A stretch of 64,000 nucleotides of DNA from Candidatus Sericytochromatia bacterium (GTDB lineage: Bacteria; Cyanobacteriota; Sericytochromatia; UBA7694), in NCBI GenBank assembly GCA_018780035.1, contig JADMKE010000003.1:274753-338752 (forward strand), given 5' to 3'. A model generated the notes under the pieces. It made no database searches, was not told the DNA's origin, and saw only the letters and a program-made list of their open reading frames with translations. A program made the position numbers and the translations under genes. Shown here piece after piece: positions 20,707 to 30,975 of this stretch (position 1 is its first letter; every line of letters starts with the position of its first letter).

Positions 20707-21834
20707 ATGGGGCAAACGCGCAAATACCCCACCTGCTTGCTCGTTTGGCTGACTATTCCTTTCTTCGCGCTCTTATTGAGTTGCCAAGGGCAAAATGGCA
20801 CGCCTCCTGAGCGGCAATTTAAGGTCAAACCCGAAGACCTGATCAAATTTCGCCCCCCAGATGTGGGGCCTGCGATCCCCAGCCCCTTGCGCTTTGAAGA
20901 ACCTGTGGCAGTCTCCTCGTATTTGCCCGTCAACAAACGTGCGGCGGAAGTCTTGCGCACCCCCAATGGTTACCACCGCACCCGCCTCTTTCAATTGAGT
21001 GAGGGCATTCTCTTCAAACAGTATGAAATCAATGGCAAAAGCAGCCTGCCCCAGGTCACGATTCGCGCGCTGCGGATAGAGCCGCGGGCCTTTCCCAAAT
21101 TACAGGTTTTGTTTTCAGATACTGCCAAACGCCCATTGTATTTTTATAAAGTGGCCCAGCGCAAACAGACCCTGGCAATTATGAACTGGGGCTTTTTTGG
21201 CACCATACCTGCTGGAGATGTCTTGGGTCAGCGTTGCAGCAGACAGGGATTGAGTTGTAAGCCTGGGATGTTTTACAACTCTGAAAAGCGCACAGGCAAG
21301 CGCACGGATCGGCGTTATCTGCTCACGATCAACCGCCGCAATCAGGCCCAAATTCAGCGCGGGGGATTGGGGCCACAATCGCATAAATGGTACAAAATGG
21401 CGATGGGGGGAGGCATTTTGCTCTTTGACCGCGACCTCGCGTCTCATTTGTGGTTGGCCACGGGCCGCAAGCATTACAATTCCCTCTTTGCCAGCCCGCG
21501 TTTTAACGAATCTTCGATTGTCTCCCCTGGGCAGGCCGGAGATGTGCGCCGCAGTGCGCCCCGTTCGGCACTGGGGGTCATGGATGATGGTTCGCTGGTC
21601 TATATGCAAATTGGCGAAGGCAAATACCGCCTCAAATCGGGAGCCACACCTGCCCGGTTGGCCGTGCTGATGAAAGAACTGGGCTGCATTCGTGCGCTGA
21701 TGTTTGATGGCGGCGGCGCCCCGGTGATGGTGGTGCGCACCAAAAAAGGGCAGATGTTAAGCCACACCCACCCCGAACACAGCCGAACCTCAAATTATTT
21801 TTACAATTATAGTTTTTTGGTGCTGACACACTGA
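20707..21834 (+). CDS. Phosphodiester glycosidase family protein (DUF2233/NAGPA-like)
   Basis: Signal peptide. 'FNSE', 'MFDGGGAPVMVV' (DGGGS-type motif). Size about 370 aa. Confidence 0.55.
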   Translation: MGQTRKYPTCLLVWLTIPFFALLLSCQGQNGTPPERQFKVKPEDLIKFRPPDVGPAIPSPLRFEEPVAVSSYLPVNKRAAEVLRTPNGYHRTRLFQLSEGILFKQYEINGKSSLPQVTIRALRIEPRAFPKLQVLFSDTAKRPLYFYKVAQRKQTLAIMNWGFFGTIPAGDVLGQRCSRQGLSCKPGMFYNSEKRTGKRTDRRYLLTINRRNQAQIQRGGLGPQSHKWYKMAMGGGILLFDRDLASHLWLATGRKHYNSLFASPRFNESSIVSPGQAGDVRRSAPRSALGVMDDGSLVYMQIGEGKYRLKSGATPARLAVLMKELGCIRALMFDGGGAPVMVVRTKKGQMLSHTHPEHSRTSNYFYNYSFLVLTH

Positions 21835-21850
21835 CTGTGTGGGTTTGAGC

Positions 21851-22942
21851 CTATCTCGCCATCAAGCTCGCCAAGCCCAGCAGCATCCCAATGCTGACCA
21901 CATCCGTGGCCGTGGTCAGAAAAATGCTCGATGCAGTGGCCGGGTCGGCCCCGAGTTTTTTCAGGGTCAGGGGCACAACCGCCCCACAGACCCCGCTGAT
22001 CACACAACTGCCAATCATGGCCAAAAACACCACCAGACTGAGGATCAGCGCCTTGGGAGAATGCTGACCCGTTGCCACCACATACATGCCGATGGCGGCC
22101 ACCAAACCCACCAAAGTGCCATTGAGCAACCCCAAGAGGGCCTCTTTTTTCATCAGCTTTTTTTCATTGATCGATTTTAAATCGCCCAGGGTCAACTCTC
22201 GCAGGGTAATTGCCAGGGCTTGACTGCCCGTATTGCCCGACTGCCCTGCCAGCACGGGCATAAAGATCGTCAACACCAAAAGTTGGTTGATCGTGTCCTG
22301 AAAGAGTCCCACCACAGCAGCGGCAATAAACGCTGTCACCAAATTGATCTGCAACCAGGGGTGGCGTAAGCGCAAACTGCGAAGCCAGTGAGTTGCCAAA
22401 CGCTCTTCTTTTTCAACCCCCACCATGGCTCCCGGCAGGGCGGTCAATTCAAACGATTGTTTTTGCTCAGCAATCAGCTCGTCGTAGAGCCGATTGACCT
22501 CTAATATTTTTTGTTCAAGGGCAATGCTGTGGTCTTTTGCTTGCCGATGTAAGAGACGCACTTCGAGCATATTGTGAACGCGTGCCAAGACCTCACTCAG
22601 ATCAAAGGGCTTGCTAATAAAATCTTTGGCCCCCACTTGCAAGGCCCGCAGTTTGTGGCTGGGCTCTGAGGTTACCACCAGCACAGGCAAATAGCCTTCG
22701 GGGTCAATCTCTTTGAGCGCTTCCATGACTGCAAAACCATCCATACCAGGCATGATCAGATCGAGCAAAATCAGATCAAAGTCTTCTTTTTGCTGCAGGT
22801 CACAAACCGTAAGGGGATTTTGGGTTGCGTGCAAAGCCGTATAACCTGCGCCGCTCAACATGCGCTTGAGCAGCAACACATTGGCTTCGCGATCATCCAC
22901 AATCAGGATCTTGGCGTTGAAAATATCTGAGGGATTAAGCAT
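21851..22942 (-). CDS. Response-regulator receiver domain fused to an MgtE-type Mg2+ channel transmembrane domain
   Basis: N-terminal REC ('ILIVDDREANVLLLKRML...DLILLDLIMPGMDGF'), a coiled-coil linker, then MgtE TM-domain motifs 'PVLAGQSGNTGSQA' and 'GADPATASSIFLTTATDVVSI'. Its start overlaps the upstream stop (TAATG). Confidence 0.65.
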   Translation of the reverse strand: MLNPSDIFNAKILIVDDREANVLLLKRMLSGAGYTALHATQNPLTVCDLQQKEDFDLILLDLIMPGMDGFAVMEALKEIDPEGYLPVLVVTSEPSHKLRALQVGAKDFISKPFDLSEVLARVHNMLEVRLLHRQAKDHSIALEQKILEVNRLYDELIAEQKQSFELTALPGAMVGVEKEERLATHWLRSLRLRHPWLQINLVTAFIAAAVVGLFQDTINQLLVLTIFMPVLAGQSGNTGSQALAITLRELTLGDLKSINEKKLMKKEALLGLLNGTLVGLVAAIGMYVVATGQHSPKALILSLVVFLAMIGSCVISGVCGAVVPLTLKKLGADPATASSIFLTTATDVVSIGMLLGLASLMAR

Positions 22943-24564
22943 TAAGATTCGCCATTTTGGGTATTCATTTCTGAGGCTGCGAATTGCAGGGCCATATTCA
23001 GGATTTCGATAAATTCAGTCACAATGATCGGTTTGGTGACATAGCGATAGAAGCCAGCATTCATGGCTTTTTGAATGTCTGGTGGCATCGCATTGGCACT
23101 CAGCGCTATCACGGGAATATGTTGGGTGGCGGGATTTGCGCGCAAAATTTGCAGGGCTTCCACCCCATTAATATCGGGTAAATTGATATCCATCAGAATC
23201 ACCGCTGGCAACGCCTCAATCGCCAGGGCAATGCCACTCAGGCCATCGACAGCGGTCAGTAAATGGAGTTCGGGGCTGCGAGCGATGATCAACCTGATCA
23301 GCTGCATATTGGCAGGGTTGTCTTCGATGTACAGCAAAGTATGCTCTTGCTTTTCTTGCAAGCGTGTCGACGGAATCAATTCGGTCGTCTGGACCTCTGT
23401 TTCAGAATCAGGAGCATCCACCTCATCGAGTTCAAATTGAAAGATACAGCCTTCACCGACCGTACTTTCGACAGAGACAGAACCCCCCATTAACTCTACC
23501 AATTGTTTTGCCACCACCAAGCCGATACCGGTTCCCTCTGTGCCACTGCTTTCCTGGCCAAGACGGTTGAAAGGCATAAAGAGTTGGGTGATTTGGTCTG
23601 GACTGAGTCCATCCCCGGTGTCTTGGATACTCACCCTGACTCGCCCAGGCGTGGGGGTGGAATAATCCACATCCACCCTGCCATTTTTACAATTGTATTT
23701 GATCGCGTTGGACAGAAAATTGAGCAAAATTTGTTTAATTCGGGTCCAATCGCCATTGACATAACAGGGTTGCTTAAAAACAGGGAAAACGATTTGAATT
23801 CCTTTCTCTTTGGCTGTATGCTCTGTCATACTTTGGCATTCAAGCATGATCTCAGAAAGCGAAACGGCTTCCAAACTGAGAGGAATCTGGCCTGATTCAA
23901 TCTTTGCCAGATCGAGAATCTCGTCGATCAAGTGCAGCAGATGCCAGCCCGCTTTGAGGATGTGTTCGATGCTCTCTTTTTGGTTGGCGTGTGTGGGCGT
24001 TAGATCCGAAGCCATCAATTGGGAAAAACCCAGAATGGCATGTAGTGGGCTGCGCAGCTCGTGGCTCATACTCGAAAGAAATTCAGATTTGGCCAAATTG
24101 GCTTTTTCGGCAAAGGTTTTGGCCAAAGCCAGTTCGGTATTTTTTTCTTGCAGAATATCTGAAAGCACTTTGAGCGCCAGATGGTTTTTGACCCTGGCCA
24201 AAACTATCGGGGGGCTGATGGGTTTGGTGATATAGTCAGCGGCGCCGAGTTCCAGGCCTTTTTTTTCGTCTTCCATTTCCGATTTGGCCGTCAAAAAAAT
24301 CACAGGAATATGGCTGGACAGAGGGGAGTTCTTGAGCCGGCGACAGACTTCATAACCATCCATGCCAGGCATCATAATATCCAACAAAATGAGGTCTGGG
24401 GGAGAGTCTGAATAGCCAATTTTAAGGGCGTTTTCGCCGTTGGTGGCGACTTTGACCTTGTAGTGATCTTTGAGCAAATTATTCATCAGCGTCAGGTTCT
24501 CGGGGGTGTCATCGACGACCAAAATGGTGGCCTTTGGATTGGGGCCGGTCTTGTCTGGCTGCAT
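22942..24564 (-). CDS. Hybrid sensor histidine kinase (REC-HisKA-HATPase-REC)
   Basis: N-terminal REC 'ILVVDDTPENL', H-box 'SHELRSPL', G-boxes, C-terminal REC 'LLYIEDNPANM...ILMDINLPDINGV'. Confidence 0.8.
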   Translation of the reverse strand: MQPDKTGPNPKATILVVDDTPENLTLMNNLLKDHYKVKVATNGENALKIGYSDSPPDLILLDIMMPGMDGYEVCRRLKNSPLSSHIPVIFLTAKSEMEDEKKGLELGAADYITKPISPPIVLARVKNHLALKVLSDILQEKNTELALAKTFAEKANLAKSEFLSSMSHELRSPLHAILGFSQLMASDLTPTHANQKESIEHILKAGWHLLHLIDEILDLAKIESGQIPLSLEAVSLSEIMLECQSMTEHTAKEKGIQIVFPVFKQPCYVNGDWTRIKQILLNFLSNAIKYNCKNGRVDVDYSTPTPGRVRVSIQDTGDGLSPDQITQLFMPFNRLGQESSGTEGTGIGLVVAKQLVELMGGSVSVESTVGEGCIFQFELDEVDAPDSETEVQTTELIPSTRLQEKQEHTLLYIEDNPANMQLIRLIIARSPELHLLTAVDGLSGIALAIEALPAVILMDINLPDINGVEALQILRANPATQHIPVIALSANAMPPDIQKAMNAGFYRYVTKPIIVTEFIEILNMALQFAASEMNTQNGES

Positions 24565-24569
24565 GGGTT

Positions 24570-27500
24570 TTAGCTGGACCTTTCAATGGCCTTTTTAAGG
24601 GCAAGCAGTGCGGCTTCAAAATCATAGGACTGAATCTTGTCCTTGAGCTGTTGGTAGTGTTCAGGGAATGCGGTATTTAGGAGGTTTTCATTGGCAGCCA
24701 AGAGATCTCCTGCTGCGGCATCAGCGTCAGCCAGCAGGGCTTGCAATTGCACGCAGATCTGCTGGAGTTTTTCCGGATCAATTGAGACGGCCTTCAAGGT
24801 CTCTGCCTGTGGCAATTTTCTTTCAAGTTGGTCAATCAGGCTGTCCAATCTTTTTTTGAGCACCTTGATATGCCCATCGATCGCATATTTGGGCTTTGCT
24901 TCTTTAATGGCCCGTTCAAGCTTTTCTGCCACTGCCTGCAGAGAAGTGGCTCCAATATTACCCGAGACCCCTTTTAAGGTATGGGCTATTCGCTCTGCCA
25001 ATTTCCAGTCTTGAAGGGCCATAGCAGCATCAATTTCTGCAGGGACCGATCTCTGTCCTTCGACAAATTGATGCAGAATTGAGAGATAGAGGGAAGTTTT
25101 GCCCATGGCACGGCTCAGCCCCAATTCCAGATCCAAACCTGCGATCTGAGTAGGTAATTCCGTTTTTGCCTGGGTTGGCTGTGTGGCCTTTACAAAGCTG
25201 GCATCAAACTCCTGCGCGGGGATCCATTTTAAGAGCGCTTTCCAAAGATCTTCGGGTTCAATTGGTTTTGCCACATGATCATTCATGCCTGCAGCCAGGC
25301 AGCGCTCGCGGTCAGCTTGCATTGCATTGGCGGTCATAGCCACTATTGGTAGGTCCTTAAAACGCGGATCCTTGCGAATTTCTAGGGTGGCACTCACGCC
25401 ATCCATGATCGGCATTTGCATATCCATCAACACGATATCATAAGGGTGGGTTTTGACTTTTTCGACTGCGATCCGTCCATTCTCTGCCACTTCGACAGAG
25501 AATCCCGCATCACGCAATATTTCACAGGCCACTTCTTGATTGATTTGATTGTCTTCCACCAGGAGAATTCGCGCCCCTTGCAATGGAGCCAATAATTCGA
25601 ATGTGGCATTGGGCAAGTCTTCAAATGGGATGGGTTGTTTGAGTTTATCGCCAATAATACGCACAATGCCATCGAACAACATTGAGGCACTCACCGGTTT
25701 GATCAAGACATCGTTTAAGCCAATTTCTTTGGCTACGGCAATCACCTCTTCCCGTCCATACGCCGTTACCATAATCATCAGGGGCCTGTGATTGAGTGGC
25801 AGGCTCTTGATCAAGCGACCTGTTTCAATCCCATCCATTTCTGGCATTTGCCAGTCGAGAAAGACAATTTCATAGGGATTGCCCTCGGTATCTGCCTGAC
25901 CGACGAGGGAGATGGCCACAGGGCCAGATTCAGCCAGATCGACTATAAAACTCATATTGCCCAGCAGCTCACCCATCACCAACCTGGCATTTTCGTTGTC
26001 GTCGACCACAAGCACACGTTTGCCCTGCATATTGCGCGAAAGTACCAAGGGTTGTTGCTGTTCAAGTCCCTTGCCAAAGCGGGCAGTAAACCAAAACGTG
26101 CTGCCTTTGCCCGGCTCACTCTCGACGCCCACTTCGCCGCCCATCAATTCCGCCAGTTTTTTTGATATCACCAGTCCCAGGCCTGTGCCGCCAAATTTGC
26201 GTGTGGTTGAGGTGTCTGCCTGTGAAAAACTTTGAAACAAACGCCCGATTTGTTCTGCGCTGAGGCCAATGCCTGTATCGCGGACAGCACAGTACAGCAT
26301 GACCTCATTTTCGGTTTGTTGCTTGAGTCGCAAGACAATATCTATCTCGCCCTGTTCGGTAAATTTGACTGCATTGTTGAGGAAATTGATCAGAATTTGG
26401 CCAAAGCGCAAGGGATCTCCGATCAGATGAGCGGGAAGGTGTTTGTCTACATCAAAGACCAGCTCCAGCCCTTTGGCGGCGGTTTTTTCGGCAATCAGGC
26501 TGGCCACACTGTCCAATACCTTTTCAACTTCAAAATCCGTATGCTCGACCAGCAATTTGCCTGCTTCGATCTTGGAAATATCGAGAATATCGTTAATAAT
26601 GCTCAACAAATGCCGACCCGAGTCTTGGATTTTCTTAATATTTTCGCGCTGATGTGGCACCAACTCACTTTTGAGTGCCAAATAAGAGATGCCGATAATG
26701 GCATTCATCGGGGTGCGAATCTCATGGCTCATATTTGAAAGAAAATCTGACTTGGCCAAATTGGCTTTTTCAGCCAAGAGTGTGGCTTGCTCAGCCCGCA
26801 ACGTGGCTTTTTCCAGCTCGCTGTTTTTTTCTTTGAGCATTTTTTGCACAGCATATTCGCCTGTCACATCGCGAAAGACCAAGACTGCCCCGATGACCTT
26901 TTCTTCGCGGTCGCGAATCGGTGCACAACTGTCCGCAATGGCAAATTCTTCACCCATGCGGTTGATTAAAATGGTGTGGTTGAGCATGCCTTGAACCGTT
27001 CCCAAAAGCAAGGTTTGATGGATGGGTATGGGCGTGGGTAGGCGTGTTTCGGCATTAATAATCTCAAAAATGGCTTCGACAGGTTGTGCCAGAGCCTCAC
27101 TTTGGCTCCAACCGATCAGTATTTCTGCCCGTGGGTTTAAGAGCGTGATACGCCCTTCAGCATCTGTGACCAAAACGGCATCATCGATCGAATTCAGCGT
27201 CACTGCCAGTTTTTCTTCACTGGTCTGCAAGGTCAGATTGAGCTTCTGCAATTGTTGGTTGAGGTTTTCTTGCATTTCAAGGGAATGCTGTGTTTCGAGG
27301 TAAACCAAGTTCTTAAGCCGAAACTGGGTTTCGCGATGCAGAAAATAGCCAAAGATCAAGGCAAATAATAATATCAACACACTTGCGCTGATAATGACCA
27401 GAAAGAGCAAAAACATATTGGCTTGAAATTGAACATCATGGTTGGCCCAGGTGTTCTCTTCAAGCTCAATAAAATCCTGCATTTCAACCCGGATGGCATC

Positions 27501-27941
27501 CATCAGGCGTTTGCCCCGGCCTTGGTTTACATGATTCAGAACTTCCTGCATCTGTTGTTTTTTGCGTAAATCAATCAGCTTGGCCATTTCTGCTCGTTTG
27601 GCTTTGATCAGGGGCAAAAGCCGATCCAGATTTTTCTGAGCAGCAGGAACCAGGGACAATTGACGCAATTCTTTGAGGTGGACGGGCAGCAGTTTGTCTA
27701 CGGCCAGATAGGGTTCAAGAAAAACGCTTTTTCCGGTCAGCAAGTAGCCGCGCTGACCTGTTTCGGCATCACTTAATTCAATCGCAAGATTGTTGGCTTT
27801 ATTTAAGAGCAAATGGGTATGTTTGCGTTCGGCACCTGCTTCTTCTATCTGGCGAAAGGTCCAGAACAGGCCGAGTACCAACAATGCGATAAACAAACAG
27901 ATCAGAGACAGTGTAATACTGATTTTGTGGGCTTTTTTCAT
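24570..27941 (-). CDS. Large hybrid sensor histidine kinase (TM-CHASE3-TM-PAS-HisKA-HATPase-REC-REC-Hpt)
   Basis: CHASE3-like periplasmic region '[12 protein letters not shown]', H-box 'SHEIRTPMN', two REC domains, C-terminal Hpt '[12 protein letters not shown]'. 1123 aa. Confidence 0.8.
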   Translation of the reverse strand: MKKAHKISITLSLICLFIALLVLGLFWTFRQIEEAGAERKHTHLLLNKANNLAIELSDAETGQRGYLLTGKSVFLEPYLAVDKLLPVHLKELRQLSLVPAAQKNLDRLLPLIKAKRAEMAKLIDLRKKQQMQEVLNHVNQGRGKRLMDAIRVEMQDFIELEENTWANHDVQFQANMFLLFLVIISASVLILLFALIFGYFLHRETQFRLKNLVYLETQHSLEMQENLNQQLQKLNLTLQTSEEKLAVTLNSIDDAVLVTDAEGRITLLNPRAEILIGWSQSEALAQPVEAIFEIINAETRLPTPIPIHQTLLLGTVQGMLNHTILINRMGEEFAIADSCAPIRDREEKVIGAVLVFRDVTGEYAVQKMLKEKNSELEKATLRAEQATLLAEKANLAKSDFLSNMSHEIRTPMNAIIGISYLALKSELVPHQRENIKKIQDSGRHLLSIINDILDISKIEAGKLLVEHTDFEVEKVLDSVASLIAEKTAAKGLELVFDVDKHLPAHLIGDPLRFGQILINFLNNAVKFTEQGEIDIVLRLKQQTENEVMLYCAVRDTGIGLSAEQIGRLFQSFSQADTSTTRKFGGTGLGLVISKKLAELMGGEVGVESEPGKGSTFWFTARFGKGLEQQQPLVLSRNMQGKRVLVVDDNENARLVMGELLGNMSFIVDLAESGPVAISLVGQADTEGNPYEIVFLDWQMPEMDGIETGRLIKSLPLNHRPLMIMVTAYGREEVIAVAKEIGLNDVLIKPVSASMLFDGIVRIIGDKLKQPIPFEDLPNATFELLAPLQGARILLVEDNQINQEVACEILRDAGFSVEVAENGRIAVEKVKTHPYDIVLMDMQMPIMDGVSATLEIRKDPRFKDLPIVAMTANAMQADRERCLAAGMNDHVAKPIEPEDLWKALLKWIPAQEFDASFVKATQPTQAKTELPTQIAGLDLELGLSRAMGKTSLYLSILHQFVEGQRSVPAEIDAAMALQDWKLAERIAHTLKGVSGNIGATSLQAVAEKLERAIKEAKPKYAIDGHIKVLKKRLDSLIDQLERKLPQAETLKAVSIDPEKLQQICVQLQALLADADAAAGDLLAANENLLNTAFPEHYQQLKDKIQSYDFEAALLALKKAIERSS

Positions 27942-27949
27942 GGGGACAC

Positions 27950-28200
27950 AGCCTTTGGCTAGATGCCTTTTTTTAGGGCGAAAGAGAGGCTCTCTGAGGC
28001 TATTTGAGCTAATTTAGATAGAGATTTGAGATTTAAGAGAATGCTTAAAGTAGAGAGAGGCCAAATAGAGTTGATTAAAAAATAAATATAATAAAAAAAT
28101 AAAATGATTATAAATAAATATTAGCATATTTATTTGAATAATTCGTATTTTTTCTGAAAATAAATTATTCTAAAGATTGAGAAGGGGTTTTAAAAAATGC
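27950..28200 (-). promoter_or_regulatory. AT-rich promoter-like region upstream of the hybrid-kinase operon
   Basis: About 250 nt at well below local GC ('aataaatataataaaaaaataaaatgattataaataaatattagcatatttatttgaataattcg') directly 5' of the minus-strand gene that starts at 27941. Confidence 0.35.
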
Positions 28201-28241
28201 AAAAAAAGCCACAAGCCCTTTCAGAGAGTGGGCTTGTGGCT
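28201..28241 (-). terminator. Rho-independent terminator for the 28321..28716 gene
   Basis: Perfect 11-bp inverted repeat gccacaagccc/gggcttgtggc with an 11-nt loop, followed on the minus strand by a 7-nt U-run. Confidence 0.5.
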
Positions 28242-28320
28242 CTCATTTTAAATTTTAAATCGGAACTCTGGCGACAGGGATTAGCTGTTCGCAAGTTTGG
28301 ATTGATTCAGCTTTTGAAAC

Positions 28321-28716
28321 TTATGGCTGTGCTTTGATCCATGCCATTGCCCCTTCAACCGAAGGGGCTTCGACGCGTTGCACACCACGGGTGTGTTCCG
28401 TATCGGTGTTGACCGAAATGTCTGTTGCAGCCGGGTTGATCGTGACAAAGTATTTGGCCCCAGTCCAGCCCAAAGCGGCGAAACGATCCGCGTCAATCAT
28501 GGCCTGAACCTCAGGGCCAAAACTGCCCGTGGCTGTGCCGGGGTCAAAAATCCAGGCTTTGCCGCGACTGGCTTTGATATGGTTGATGCCTTTGACAAAA
28601 ACGGCTTTGCGGAACGATTCCAGTTCAACATCGTAATCACTCCAGCTTTCGAGAACGGTGAGAATCTCGGGATGCCAAGAAACATCCAGTTTGCCATCTA
28701 TGCTGGTAATATTCAC
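28321..28716 (-). CDS. Hypothetical protein (131 aa)
   Basis: Protein-like composition. Chosen over the overlapping + strand ORF because it has a downstream terminator and is co-oriented with the methyltransferase gene. Confidence 0.4.
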   Translation of the reverse strand: MNITSIDGKLDVSWHPEILTVLESWSDYDVELESFRKAVFVKGINHIKASRGKAWIFDPGTATGSFGPEVQAMIDADRFAALGWTGAKYFVTINPAATDISVNTDTEHTRGVQRVEAPSVEGAMAWIKAQP

Positions 28717-28825
28717 AGGCTATATTTCCTTTTTTAAGCTTTAGTCTGGGGTCTTTGAGCTGACAAAGCTCATTTTAACACAGACAGAAAAAGCTGTTTT
28801 CTGGGCACCTGGACTTCAATGTCAA

Positions 28826-29434
28826 TTAAGGTTTGGGAAGTTGTGCTGAAACCAAAAATATGGGATAAGCAACGCCTGATTTGAACACTGTGTGTACGGT
28901 TTCAAATACAATTTGCTCAAAGCCGTTTTGTTTGAGCAGGGACTGAATCAACTGGGGATCAAATCCAGCATGAAAGACCCCTTCTGCTTCGGGGGGATGA
29001 AAATTGCCATCTTCGGATTCCAAATCAGCCAGTGCCAATTGACCGCCTGGTTTAAGGTGTTGGGCAAATTGTTGAAACAAATGTGAAGTGTCTTCCACAT
29101 GGTGTAAAGCCATGGCAGAAACAATCACGTCAAAAGTCTGATTTAAAGGCGTTTCTAAAATATTTTGGCAAAGGGTCTCGACTTTTCCCTGGAGTCCAGG
29201 CTTGGCCTTTAATTGGGCCAGCATAGCTGGGGAAGTATCCACGGCGAAAACCTGGGCCACATAGGGTGCCACATGCCCACTTAAAAGTCCCGTGCCCGCT
29301 CCAAAATCCATCACCTGCATCGACTCAGAAAAGGCAATTCTATTTAACAGGGCTGTGCCAATGCCATTTGAGAGTGAGCGCACCCTTTCTTGGGCATCCC
29401 AATTTTGGGCTTTGTCTTGAAATAAATCTGCCAT
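28826..29434 (-). CDS. Class I SAM-dependent methyltransferase
   Basis: Motif I 'VMDFGAGTGLLS', 202 aa. Confidence 0.7.
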   Translation of the reverse strand: MADLFQDKAQNWDAQERVRSLSNGIGTALLNRIAFSESMQVMDFGAGTGLLSGHVAPYVAQVFAVDTSPAMLAQLKAKPGLQGKVETLCQNILETPLNQTFDVIVSAMALHHVEDTSHLFQQFAQHLKPGGQLALADLESEDGNFHPPEAEGVFHAGFDPQLIQSLLKQNGFEQIVFETVHTVFKSGVAYPIFLVSAQLPKP

Positions 29435-29602
29435 ACGTTGTTAATCCTGACCTTCGTACTGATTGAATCAATATACCATACCCCCCATCCTAATATGGTA
29501 GGCCTAAATGTCTGCTCCCGATTAATTCTGCGTGTTTTTGGGGTACACTGTGGGTATAAAAATATTTTTTAATACATGTGTATATGAGGCCGCCATTTTA
29601 AC

Positions 29603-30970
29603 ATGACCATAGCCAGTTTTAACCCCGCCACCGAAGCCCTGATTCAAACTTATCCCGCCCACAGCGCTGACGAAGTTGAGATGCAGCTCAAACAGGCCAA
29701 TGAAACTTGGCAAATTTGGAAACGCACAACACTGGCCGAAAGATCAGAAAAAATGCGGGCTCTTGCGGCTTTGATGCGCGAACGCAAAGAGCAATTGGCC
29801 CTCTTAATGACCATGGAGGTGGGCAAACCGATTACCGCTGCAAGGGCTGAAGTTGAAAAATCTGCCTGGGTCTGTGAATACTACGCTGATAATGCCGAAT
29901 CGATGCTAAAACCGGTTCCTGTCGAGGCCGGGGGCCGCAAATCTTATGTGACTTACAACCCGCTGGGCGCTATTTTGGCAATCATGCCCTGGAACTTTCC
30001 CTTTTGGCAGGTCTTTCGCTTTGCCGCCCCGGCCCTGATGGCAGGCAATGTGGGGGTACTCAAACACGCTCCCAATGTACCGGCCTGTGCCTTGGCGATT
30101 GCAGATTTGTTTATTCAAGCCGGTTTTCCCAAAGGGGCCTTTAGCAATTTATTCCTCGAAAACGAGGCCGTGGCGCCGGTGATTGCCCATCCCGTGATTC
30201 AGGCTGTGACACTCACGGGCAGCACCCGTGCAGGCAAGGCTGTGGCCGCCCAAGCGGGAGCCGCCCTTAAAAAAACGGTGCTTGAACTCGGGGGCAGCGA
30301 TCCCTATTTGATTCTGGAAGATGCTGACCTCGATCAAGCCGCCCAGATTTGTGCCAGCAGCCGTCTGATCAATGCGGGTCAAAGTTGCATTGCCGCCAAA
30401 CGCTTTTTGGTGGTTGAAGCTGTGCGGCCCGAATTTGAAAAGCTTTTGGTCGCTGCTATGTCCCAAGCCGTGATGGGTGACCCCTATGCCGAAGACACCA
30501 CCCTGGGCCCCCAGGCCCGTGCCGATTTGCGCGAGGAACTGGTTCGGCAGGTCAAAACAAGTATTTCTCAGGGGGCGCGCCTGCTTTTGGGGGGAGAAGT
30601 TCCTGATGGCCCCGGTTTTTATTATCCACCCACGGTATTAACCGATGTCTACCCCGGTATGGTGGCCTTCGAAGAGGAGATCTTTGGTCCTGTGGCGGCG
30701 ATTGTGCCAGTCAAAGACGAGGCCGAAGCGATTCAATGGGCCAATCAATCGGTTTTTGGCTTAGGAGCGGCAGTTTTTAGTCGCGATCTCGAAAAAGCGG
30801 AGCGTATTGCGGCTGAAGAACTCGAAGCCGGTTGCTGCTTTGTGAATGCCTTTGTGGCCTCCGATCCGCGTTTGCCTTTTGGGGGGATCAAAGAGAGTGG
30901 CTATGGCCGTGAGTTGGCGGATATTGGCCTGCGTGAATTTGTGAATACCAAAACTGTGTTTGTGAAATAA
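29603..30970 (+). CDS. NAD(P)-dependent aldehyde dehydrogenase (succinate-semialdehyde dehydrogenase-like)
   Basis: ALDH motifs 'LELGGSDP' and the catalytic Cys region 'NAGQSCIAAKRF'. 455 aa. Confidence 0.8.
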   Translation: MTIASFNPATEALIQTYPAHSADEVEMQLKQANETWQIWKRTTLAERSEKMRALAALMRERKEQLALLMTMEVGKPITAARAEVEKSAWVCEYYADNAESMLKPVPVEAGGRKSYVTYNPLGAILAIMPWNFPFWQVFRFAAPALMAGNVGVLKHAPNVPACALAIADLFIQAGFPKGAFSNLFLENEAVAPVIAHPVIQAVTLTGSTRAGKAVAAQAGAALKKTVLELGGSDPYLILEDADLDQAAQICASSRLINAGQSCIAAKRFLVVEAVRPEFEKLLVAAMSQAVMGDPYAEDTTLGPQARADLREELVRQVKTSISQGARLLLGGEVPDGPGFYYPPTVLTDVYPGMVAFEEEIFGPVAAIVPVKDEAEAIQWANQSVFGLGAAVFSRDLEKAERIAAEELEAGCCFVNAFVASDPRLPFGGIKESGYGRELADIGLREFVNTKTVFVK

Positions 30971-30975
30971 CCCCA

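Noticed and set aside
23075-26994. Numerous 60-170-aa + strand ORFs across the two histidine-kinase genes
   Set aside because: All lie antisense or out of frame within two long, motif-rich minus-strand kinase genes.
28378-28737. 119-aa + strand ORF overlapping 28321..28716(-)
   Set aside because: The minus-strand ORF has better protein-like composition, a downstream hairpin terminator and is co-oriented with the adjacent methyltransferase gene. This choice is low confidence.
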